From positions 1 through 52,489 of IMG/VR virus record IMGVR_UViG_3300022752_000102: a stretch of 52,489 bases of DNA; one strand, given 5' to 3'. The position numbers and the translations under genes are program-made. The notes under the pieces are model-generated. The model saw nothing but the letters and a program-made list of their open reading frames with translations, had not been told where the DNA came from and made no database searches. Shown here one piece after another: positions 35,358-47,300 of this stretch; position 1 is the first letter of the stretch; the number at the start of each line of letters is the position of its first letter. The DNA comes from a virus (taxonomy: Duplodnaviria > Caudoviricetes).

Positions 35358-38300
35358 ATGGCTGATACTCCAATCAATCCGGAAGAGCAGGATCAGCAAC
35401 AAACCCAGCCAAATCCGGTAGCCCCCGCAGTTCCGGTTACCGAACCGCAACCCGCGGTTCCTTTCTCCCTTGAGGACCAGGCCAAGGCAATCATGGAGAA
35501 CCTGCCTCCCTCGATTGATTTGGAGGCCCAGGCAAAGGCCGTTTACGATATTCCTTCGCCTTACGAAGGTTTTGCATCGGAAGTCATCAAGGTGGCCGAA
35601 GATCCGGTTGGACGGGGTATTCTGTCCAACCTCAAACACGCGATTGAGTCCGGTGAACTTAAAGAACATTATGGAAAAGCCTATGACTATTTTCTTACCG
35701 GACCTGATTTGCAGGATCCGATGGATAAAGCAATGGAGGCAAAAAAGAATGGAGATGCCCTTGGGTTTACCAAAGGCTTTTTGGGTTTTCTTGCCAATTT
35801 AACAGGCAACTACTTTAATCTGGCGGTTGGAAGGTCCAAAGAGGATTCCAAAGCCGCTGCTCTGTCAAACGAAGCCGACACATTGATCGGGAAGATCCGC
35901 GACCCCAAAGTCGCTTCCAGGGCAATTGAACTTGGAGAGATGTATCTGTCTAAGTTGGACAATGGACAGTCCATTATTTCAAAAGATCAAGAACCCAAGT
36001 TTATCGTCAAGGCGGACTCGCGTGGTGGAGCTGGCCCGGAACCGAGTATTTCCGGATACAACTTTGGGATGAATCTTGCCGAGGCGGAAAAATATTTAAA
36101 GCAACTCGAAGAGGATCAAAATGCCACGTTAAGTTCCAGCGCCCTTAGAGTTTTTGCCACGACGGGTGTCGACGCGTTGCCGTTCGTTACTGCGGGCAAC
36201 ATCTATATTGACGACGAAACCGATCCTGAACAGGTGGCGAAACGGCGCGCCCTGACGCACAAAATCAACGAGGTCATAAGAAACAAATATTACGGGCCTA
36301 GTGTCGCGGGATCGGTTGCCGGTAGTCTAGGAGGTTTTGTGGGGGCCGGAAAGTTGGCAACCAAACTTATTGGAACTCCAGCGGTTGTTGGCGGAAGATC
36401 AATCCAGATCCCGAACAGTTTTTCCAGGTGGGGGACTTATGCGATTTACGGAGGAGGCGAAGCCCTCGAAGACACCCGTGATCTTCCGTGGTCTGATCGT
36501 CTTTTGGATGTGGCAGAGAATATTGTTAAGATTGGTGTGTCTGAGCGGATTGGAGAAGCGGGCGGTACGTATGTGGAAAGACTTGCCTCGACAAAACTCG
36601 CCCATACCGGATTGACCGCCTCCATTCCCGGGCTTACCCCGGTGACGCGAAATGCCGCGTTTCTTACGGGCGGCATTACCAGCGAAACAATCTCAAACCA
36701 GATCGATCGCGTTTTGGCCGGTCAAGCTCCGTTACCCGGACTTGGAGAAGACGCGGCCACGGCGTCCGGAGCGGTGTTCGGAATGTATCTGATTGGAAAA
36801 GGGGCCAATCTTTTCACCAAACCAGGAATTGAGACAAGAATTTTTGACCAGGCCAAGAGACAGTTTTCCGATGGCTTCGGTCAGTTTATCGATAGGATCA
36901 ACGAAAGCACCGACCTGACTTACAATCAAAAAAGAAAGTTGATTTCGGACACCTTAAAAAATCTCCCCACGCAGGAGTTAAAAGATTTGTTTACCGCCAA
37001 AATGGCGGAGCGTGCCGCCGCCAAAAACGCGGATGTTGCCCCCCAAACTCTGAAAGTTGCCCAGGAGATTGTTGAAAAGACCGAAGGTCCGGCCCTGGTT
37101 TCAATCTTGAAGGTTGAAGCGGACAAGCAAGAAAAAGAAGCAAAAGCGAAGAAAGAGGGGGTTTCCGTCACCAAAGAAGCCGCCAAGATTGAAGCTCCTG
37201 CTCTTACCCAGGAGGAACTGGAGGTTCGCGCCGAAAGTTTTGGCGACTGGATTTATTCAACCTTAATAGATTTACCACAGGGGACGGAACTAACCATTTC
37301 AAGAACCCCACAAAATGAACCGCTTCTGTCCATTTTGGAAAAACGTGGGATTATTTATGGGGAGAAAGACACTGAAAATTTCATTGTCAAGGCCGCTTAC
37401 GACAAAACCAAAACCAAATTGGCCGGACCCAAGGATTTTGCACCGGATCTGAAAGCCGAGAACGCCGTTGAGTCAGGCCGCGCCTTATTGGAGGATATAC
37501 AAAAATTAAAGCCGATGGATCCCAATGAGGTTGACCGTATTGAGGCATCCTTTGATGAGGCCACCAGCGAAAGTGAAGTCAATCAGATCATAAAACAATT
37601 CGCCTCAATCGAGGATTCGCACAACAAACAAAATGATGAGATTTTGGCCACGTTCAAGGAGCCCAAGAAAGTTGCCACGATTCAGTCACAGATCAGGGCA
37701 CTAAACAAACAGATTACCCAGCTTGAACGGGATGTCTTGACCGTACCAACTGCCCAGAAAGCCCAGACGGAAAAACAGCTGGAAGACCTCAAATTAAAAC
37801 GTGATGGACTGGTCAATGAGCGCGAGAATATTGAGGGCCTGGGAATGCGGGCTGTTCAGCTGAAGATTGAGGACAGCATTGATGCTTTGATAGAGCAGAA
37901 AAAGATTACCAAAGAAGAAGCCGATCTTATTCCCGAAAACATCACATTGCACATCAACAATCCGAAATCCGGGTCATATCAAAGGTATCAACTGGCTTTG
38001 GCTGATCCCGAACGGGTAAAACTCCTCACCGATCCCCAGCAAACTTTGGCAATTTTTGGGGCAAAAAACAAGTTAAAGAAATATGAACTTGCTGATCTTG
38101 GTGCAATTAACGAGGTTGGAGAAGTCCTTCAGACTCCGCAGGAAGTGATTGAATCTTTCCTGGAAGGAAAGAAACGATGGCTTACGGGCGAGGATTTCAA
38201 GGGTTATCCCAATCTTTATGATGTGGTTTACAATGGCGTAAAAGACGAGCTTCAGCTGGAAGTTCTTGAGGGGAAAACAAATCTCAACATGAATCTTGTT

Positions 38301-41300
38301 TTCTTCCGAAGGCTTTATAGCGCCATTCGGATGTACAAAGTCCGCAAGGCGCGCAATATGGGGATTGATTTTGCCAGTAGTTTAGATTCTGAGACGGAAG
38401 GACCCAAAGTCGAGGCTGAAGCCGCCGGGGTTTTGACGGAGCAAAAGGCCGGACCAGCAGCTTTGGTTGGTCAGGCCGAGGAAAAGTTTGACGAGGAAGA
38501 CAAGGCTTTTGCCGATAAAATTTCCCGCGAGAGGCGCGAAGGCTTCATTAAGCAGCTTTCCGATCCAAAATGGGGCGATCAGAACAATAAGATTATTTTT
38601 GAAGAACTCGTTTTTCCGGCTGAGACCGGGACGATTATGACCAGGGAGGATCGTGCGGCAAAGATTTCCGACATTTCCGCCAGGACCAAATTGAGTGTCC
38701 CAGAAATTTTGACCAAGGAAAACTTCCTGAGAAACGAATTTGTTTCTTTCCTTAAAGCCGACGTGCAGGTTCACGAGGCACAAAAGGAAGTAAGACGTTC
38801 ACTAACAAGAAGAGAACCCCCACGCCGTACTACGGAAATGTCTGAACAAGACAAGGAAATAGTGAGCGTTCTCGAACAGTTCAGGGCCATTCAGAAGCAA
38901 ATGGAGAGAGAGAATTACTTTTTGGTAAGAGATATTAAGAATCCCGATGGATCGATACGGCATGTGGACGAATCAGCGATAATCGAAAAACTGTCTGACC
39001 AGGCTCGAAACTCCAGGTCCCAGGATGATTTGCTAAAGTACGTGTCGTATCTAAACGATATCCGGAAACGTACCCTGACCCCCGAGAATCTTAATCCGTG
39101 GCTTCAGGGAATCGAGGAAACTTACGACAGTACTGCCGGACAAACTCCGGAAGCTTTAAGGTCTGACTTCAGAAACCAGATCGATCAGGCCAAGGAAAAC
39201 TATCTGGAGTCACAGCAATCTTCGGATGAGGCAATCCGTTTGGAAGGAGCCGCTAGGTTCCGAAGCAGGATAATCGAACTAGGAAATGAACTCGTAAGGA
39301 GCACAGGAAGATATGAAATCACAAAATCAGGAGAATATAGACTCAAGGGAGGAACTGGGACTTCAACCGCAGGTGGTGGACCTGGCCTTGCTCGAGCTGC
39401 TATCGAGCAAGCTCGTGCCAAACTTAACGCCGGGGCTACTGCCGAAAGACGCGGACTTCGCAGGGTAAAGGATAGTCCCGGTAATATATCTGAACCCCTC
39501 AAGGGAAGACGTTACCGTAAAGACCCCACGTTATCCGAGGAAGAAGTCGAGAGCGGAAATTTTGGAACCCCAATTGCAAAAAGAGTTGTGGCGTTGCCCG
39601 AGCAAGTGGCATCCATTGTGCCCGAAGCAACCATGGAGAAGTTGAAAAAAGCCACTAAACCAATTGTCTGGAAAGCTCTTAATGAAGATCAACGTAAAAC
39701 GTTTGCCAGAATAATGCTGGCGCTAAACACGAAAAACGGCTCTCATTACCTCGGGGATTCGGCCGGTCTTGGCAAAACACGCCCTATTTTGGCTGTGGCC
39801 GATTATTCTGCTTCGCAAAATTCACCGGTGGTCATTCTTACCGATTCGTCCGCTTTGACGCCAGATTGGCGTAAAAATGATCCAGGAGGATCTTTGGGGA
39901 AAGATGCAAAAGAAATGGGGATTAAACTGGATTTTCGTGGTGTAGCCGAGCGTCCTCTCCCCGACAAACTTGCTCCGGGCGAGATTTTGTTGACAACTTT
40001 TCAGTACATCGATCAGTTGAAAGAAAAGGGATTGGTTACCCCGCAAACAGTTTTATTGATCGACGAAGCCCACAAACTCAATGGAAACGGGGTATGGGCG
40101 GAAACCGGTGCGAGTTTGATGCAGACGGCAAAAAAAGTTTTGCTGGCTTCCGGAACACCATTTGAAACATTTGAGCAGATGACCAGGGCTTTTCGCCGGC
40201 TGGGAATATTCGGGGAAGGTGGGATTGCGGAAGATAATCTTGAAAAAGTTTTGGGGTTCAAAACTTATCGCACTCGTGGTGGAAGAGGAGAGGAAACTCT
40301 TCGCGCCAAGCCGGATAAAAAACTTTTAAGTGTGATGTTGGAGAAAGACATCGTCAAACTTGAGAGGCAAAGGGTTGAAGCGAAAAACCTGATTGCAAAG
40401 CTTCGGACACAGAAAGACTTTTCTGTTGCCAATATGACGGCGGCGGTAAATTCCCTTTCCGCCGTTGATGGAGTTCTTGGGGTCACCGAAGAAGACCAGC
40501 AAAGAAGGATCCGCGGATTTTTGGGTCAACTTGCCAAAGCAAATCTCTATTCAGCTTCCTCCATGTCTTTGGAGGGAGTAACGATTGATCAGGTATTTTT
40601 GCCACTGGACGAGGAGATAAAAAGAAAACTTGGAGTTTTAAATGCCCAGGGGGGCGGATCGGCCAATACCGACGGCAAAAGAAAAGAAGCTCTGGAGATG
40701 GCGCACCGGTACGCCTTGGAGCTTTATAAAGTACCGACAGCTGTGGATCTGACTTTCAAGGCCTTGGGGCGTGGGGAAAAGATAATCGTGTTTGTCGAGC
40801 AAGTAAAACAACCAAAGAGCACAACCGGAATTTTGGACAAACCGAGCGCTATCGTATTTGAGGAAATGCTTAGGGTGGAAGCCGCCAAACGTGGAATACC
40901 GGTCGAAATCGCCAAGATGTATGACCCCAAAATTTCCGGGCAAAAAAAGAAAGATGCTCTCAGAAGTTTCCAGGGGGGTAACGCAAATGTTCTTATTGCC
41001 ACCAAGGAAACCGCCGGAACCGGCGGAGAACTTGATGATAAGTTTGGTCCGGAAAAAGGCGGTAAGCCCAGATACGTTATCTTTTTGGCCAACCCTTTCT
41101 CGGCCATCCAGTTTATCCAGGCTGTTGGGAGAACGTGGAGGCGGTTAACTGCCAGCTATCCGAAAGCCGTTTTGCTTACCACTAATGCGGCGGCTGACCG
41201 CATAGTCGCAGATTTACGTACCACCAAGGACATTCTTCTCGGGGCGACGCTCAACACCAACATCTCCGAGCTTGGAAAAGCCGAGTCGCTGGAGCCGCAA

Positions 41301-44300
41301 CCCGAGGCCAAACCGTCCGAAGAAATTGTTCTCGAAGGTGAGCTTCCGGAAACCAAAGGAATCGTGCGCGCAAGAAGTGCCCGACAAAAAGTAAAGCCCG
41401 CCAAGAAGACGGACCAAAAGGCGATTCAGGACTTTATGACCCGCTTGCGTTCCTGGGTCGACATGAATCTTACGGATACCGCACGTAATCCGACCAAGGA
41501 AGTTATTGCAGCACTCAAAGGAAGACCTTCCGACATTCTTGAGGAAATAATCCAAAAAGACGGCCAAAAGGTTTTCGAAGCTTTTGGCACCAGAAGTTAT
41601 CCCGTAATCACCGACTTTATTGAAAAGTTAAGTCCGCAATTCAGTTTTGGTCGCTCTGCAAACGACATTATCCAGGAGTTCACGGAGTACGTCTACGAAA
41701 ACAAGCCAATCGCAAAAATTGCCGAAAAACCGGAATCCCCGGCTGTGGACGAAGATGCTTCCGACAAACACGAGGATAATTATATCCCGAAAGATCTGAC
41801 TAAAGAGCAGGAATTGCTGGTCAAAGAACTTGAGGACGAAGTCAAAAAAGTTTACAAATCAGACTACAAGAACGGGGTTCTTACTATTACCGATCGCAAA
41901 GGAAAGCAGTCCTTTAATGTTCAATTTGTCCTGGGGGCTGAGGCTACAGCTACCCCGGGATCATCGGACGACACGGATGTGATTACACTCGGAGTGAATT
42001 TTTTCAAAGAGGAAAAAAATACTCGCGGAAAGAAGTTTCAGGATTATTTAAAGAATGTCATCATGCATGAGGTTGTTCACGTCAAAACCTTCCGCGTGAT
42101 CAGGGACGAGCTTAAACGTGCCGGGAAAAAGGGTTCATTTGCCGATCTGATAAAATTCTTTGAGGATTTTTACGACAGTCTAGATCAAAACACGATTGAG
42201 AAGAGCGTTAAACTATATCATGCTCTTGCCGGACGTGGAGCGTACACCGGCAAGGAGCTTCAGGAACAGATGTCCCTGTTCGCCACCAATAAACTTCTCG
42301 TGTCGGCAGAATTGATGGCCCAGCTTCTTGGCATCAATGTTTTTGGAAAAACAACCGAACTGGCATTGGCCCCCAACCGAGCTGCTTACAACCGGGCTAA
42401 AGCCAGGCAAGATGCGCTGTTTGTCGAGGAAGCTCAAAAATCCCCAGTGCGGGAAAAGTTCAAGATGTTCTTCAACGCGGCAGAGACAGCCCTTGCTTCT
42501 TTAAGGGGTATCAGCAGCAAAGCGGCCTATGTTCCAGCCGATTTTGACAAAGAAATAAAAAATGCTTTGGATCAGCTTAACAACCGTGTCAGCGGTTATG
42601 CCGAGGCGGTTGAAGAAAAAGCCGAGGAAAGAAAAGAAATTTCCAAGCTGAGCCGCTACCACCTGGAGTTTGAAAACAATGTCGAAAAGATGCGTGACCT
42701 CGAATTCCGTGACGATCTTACACCGGAAGAGGAAGCAAAATACGACAAGCTAAAACGCCGCCAGTCGGATCTTCAGAGGTTGATTATCGAAGAAGAATCC
42801 AAGCCTTATGTGAATATCCCGCCGGAAGCAGGGAAGACCAATCCCTTTCCTTCGGAAGAGCCAAACCGTTTCAACTTCAGCACCCTTCGGGTTGCCCGAA
42901 TGATCGACCTGGCTGAGAACGGGCTTGTCTCTAAAATATTCAACACCGATGTCCAGCAGGATCTCTACGGGAAATTCCTGCCATGGGCGGAGTTTGCCGG
43001 AAGTATCAGAAACGTCGAAGCGTATAATATTCTCCACCCGACAGAAATATATTTAATGCGGTGGGCTCTGGATCAATACGCCAGCAAGAAGAACGTTATC
43101 TATCTGTCCGATCTTAAGCAGAGCGTTTTGGAAAGCGCCGAGGACATGGAGGAGATGAACAAGCTGCTCCCCGAGTCCATCTTTATACGAGACGACCAGG
43201 CTTTGCCCGAGGAGATCATGGAGAGGGCGCAGTTTGAATCATCCGAAGATCGTGAAAAGCCAACTGATCTTTACTATGTCAGGGTATCCAACCTTCCGGC
43301 GGAGTCTGTCTGGGGCAAGTCCAACAAGCACGCGACAGCCAGGCTCGTGTTCCGTATCCTTGGGCGCGGGCAAACAATCTACTATGAGGGCAAGGCCTAT
43401 TCGACCCGCTCGGCTGGACCCGCACTGATAAAGGTTCTGGAGGCGCAAGACCCGACCTTCAAGATTTTTGCCAAGAAAAAACCGTATTTGAGTGCCCCGC
43501 CGATTGAAGAACCCGAAATGGTTATAAGTCAGGGCGGTGCCAACTGGCTGGCCCGCGTGCTTGATGTGATCCCCAACGAGGAAATACGCAACAGGTTGGA
43601 GGCCAATCTTACCTACAAGAAGCTGACTAACGAGGAAACAAAACAAAGGGCCCTTGATTACATCAACGAAGTATCCAAGCGTCCCGACGGATTTAACAAG
43701 CTGGTCAGACAGTTCCTCAACGACACTTTCCCCCGCCGCACTCCTTTGGTCATACGCACGGCTATTGGTTTCCAGATTGCCAATCTTTTGGCCCAAAGGG
43801 CATCCGACGGAGACGCCAATGCCCAGGAACTTATGGCTCAGGTCTCCATGGTGTTGCAGGACCGTCACATGATCGATCCGGGCCGCGCCATCCAGTATCT
43901 TTGGCAGGGCCCGGATCTTGCCGCCGATGCTTTGGCTTTCACCAAGGTTCTGGAATCCCAGATTGAGGCTGCGGCCAAATTGCGGATGGAGCCTTATATT
44001 CCGTATTTGGAACAGACGACCGAGGAGATTGCCAAAGCCGATCTTGAAGCCGGTGATGCGTTTGCCAGCTCACCGCAGGTCCAGGACATTGTTTCGCAGA
44101 TTCAAAGATTCGAAAAGCTCAAACAAAATGCCGCCGAGGAACTTGCCCAGCTCAACTCCGAAATGGCCAACATGGTCATGGCATCGGAAAGCCGGTTTGC
44201 CGATATCTTCTCGGATGTGATTTCCCCGGTGGGCCTACCTCCTTCCAATACGACTGGCGGGGACAATCTTGGGTTCGATGACGTCATCGTCAATAAACTG

Positions 44301-47300
44301 GCGAACTATATGGTGGAGTTTGTTTCCAAGTCTTACGCAGAAGCCAACGATATTCTTGAGCCTGAAAAACTAAAGAAGATGTTGCTTTTAAGTCCGTTCT
44401 TCACGACCGCCAAAAACCCAGAAGCCAGGCTGAGGGTGTTTTACCATCATTTCTTGCCCGCTTATAATATGGCGCTTCCCAGGATTTTGGAGGCCGTCAA
44501 GGATGATTATAACATTACCCAGAAGGAACTGGAAGAAGCCAAAGCCAAGGTTGGCGAAATGAAGACACGTGGTCGCGCAAAAATTATTGCCGACGACTTT
44601 GAAAACATTGTGACAAAGAAGAGAAAGAAAGCTCCGATCAGGCAGGCCCCCAGAACCCTGAAGGATCTTGTTGCCCCGACAGCAAAAGAAATCATTAAGG
44701 AAACCAGTAATATTAAAGATCCGGCCATCCGGATTAAACTCAAGGAGATAGCAAGGTATATCAAAAGCCAGGCAATTATTGGACCGCTCAAGGAAAAAGG
44801 AATTCTTACCCCAAGGAAAACTGAAGGAACCCCGACAGCCGCACAAAAGTTACTCGAGTTTTATGAAATGTTTGAGGAAGGAACGGAGTTTATTGCTGAC
44901 GTTCGCCTATACATAAGCAACACAGCGAAAGAAAGTGAAAAAGCTATTTTAAGCGAATTTCTGGATAAAATTTTAGAGAAGCTTACGACCGTTTCCACAT
45001 TCTCGCGTGTCGTCACTTCTTTGGAGAGCATCGGCGGGACGAACAAGACCATCCAAAGGTTGATCCGAGATCCAAAAGAAAGCATAACCGAGTTCAAAAA
45101 AGAACTCCAGAGACTTTTCATTGACGGTACCACAATGCCGGAAAATCTTCGCCAGCAGGCGGCTGACTATCTGTCCAAGAGTCTTGAGGACATGGTTGCG
45201 GCCAAACGGAAAGAGGCGTTGACCAAACTGAAGGAACGTCTGGCAAAGACCGCGGAAAGAAAAACCAGAAAGGTTCGCTCCGCCATCGACAAGCTGATGG
45301 ATGCGGCCAACCTAGGACTGCTTACCGATCCGGAAATTTTCCAACAGATTCACATGAAACTTGGTCTCCCTGAATTTGGAGACAAGGAAAGAGCCAGGGT
45401 TAATGAAATGATTCTCAATCTGTCCAAGTACCCGGAAGGCCGGCTTCGTAATGCCAAGATCAGCGAAATTAATGACTACATAAAGACAGTTGCTCCGATC
45501 ACTTTTTCCAAGATAGCGCCGTCTTACCAGACGGCTAACCTTTTGAACGCAATTGGGTCCCTTGGAATTAACGCAACTTCGGCTATCAATGGAGTTGCTG
45601 TGGAAGGGCTACAGGCTTATGGCCTGGCTACCGCAAAACAAACTTTGGGAGGAAAGGAACAAAAACTCCAGGCACTTGGAATTAAAAAGGGAATCGAAGC
45701 CCTGCAAAATGCTTGGTTTTCGGAAAAAGGACTGGCTAGAAAAGCGGCGTCAGAAGTATGGAAACTTGGAAGATTCCCGACGGATTCGGCGGTGATGAAG
45801 GAATTTGGACAATTCAATATATTCGAGGCAATGCTTAAAGAAAAACAGGCTGCGGAGGCTGGGAAACGTGGCGATCAGGTGGCGGAACTTAAGGTAAAAC
45901 TTCCCTTTGGTGTCTCTCCCATAGCATCATTTCTCTCCAGACTCATCCCGCAGTTTGTCAAAAAATCCGGACCAGTTCAGGCGTTGTCAGAGGTTATAAG
46001 CAAAGAGGGTCGTGAACTTAAAATTAATCTTCAGGCAGAGTGGAAGCCCGAGCTTAAGTTTTTGCCGGAAAGATTAAAACAACCTGTTTTTGATATTGTC
46101 ACAAAATTGTTCCCCACAAAACTGATCGATACACCCTTGGCCCTGCGTCAACTTCCTTTCATGGAAAAAATGATGGAAGCCGGTTCCCCATATCTGAAAC
46201 TGATCACCAAAGTACCCATTGTTGGAAAATATCTTGGGAGGTTTGGTGGAATAGCGGACGTTCCTATTTATCCTTATAACTCAGCTTTAGGTTCTTATGT
46301 ATTATCGTCCAGGTTAATGGCGGCTTCCGATACGTTTATTAAGTTTGGAGCGAGGGACCTTGGAAGGGTGGTGGAGACTGCTTACCTTCTGGCCAAGGAG
46401 AATCCCGATGCAACAGAAGAGGAGTTCCTTGATCAAATGGCAATCAGGTTGAACCGCACTTCCGACAGTATCGAACGTGCCATGAAACTTGCCATGTCGG
46501 AAGCCAAGCAATTTGCTGAAAACGGGGAGATTGTTATGACCCCGGAAGATATCCTTTTGAGGGCTGATGAAATTTTGGATCAAAATATGCCCAAAGATGA
46601 GTTCACCAAACAGGTTATTGAACGAGCCAACGTGTACGCGCAAAGACTGTCCTTCCAGCAGGATTATGAAGGATACATAGGATTTATTGCCGGAAGTCTG
46701 GATGCGGTGGCAAAGCATTTCTGGGTATCCGCATCAATTCTAAAATTCTTAAGGACCAGCTCCGCGTTGGCAAATGAATTTTTAAATTACGCACCAGGTG
46801 TTTCTTTTTTAAGGTATTTCCGTGGAATGGGCGGTTTATTGGCACACACGGAAGCTACCAAACGCTTTTACCGTCCTCCGGCCATGCCTAACTCTTACCA
46901 AAGGGACATGCTCCGATCAAAGATGATCATAGGTCATTCCATGTATGGATTGATTATCGGATTGATTTGGTCTGCTCTTAACGACGACAAGGAGAATCCA
47001 TGGTTTTTTGTGCATTTCAAGGGCCCGAAAGATCCGGCCCAAAGGAAGGCGTTTTTCTCCGCTGGCGGGACATTGAAGTCCATGCAGATCGGTAAGTTTG
47101 GCGAACCCCTTATGATTGGCGGAGTCAAGGTAGCCGAGGGCCCTGTGTTCATCGCCTGGGAATCTTTATTCCCTGGAGCAACTGGATTCCTCATGCCGGT
47201 GGCCGCAACGGGAGAGGCTGTTAGATATGAAAAAAGATCCTTTGCGGAAGCCGCTCCATCTATTCTGGCCACCGCCGGACTTACTACCGGATTGGGAATT

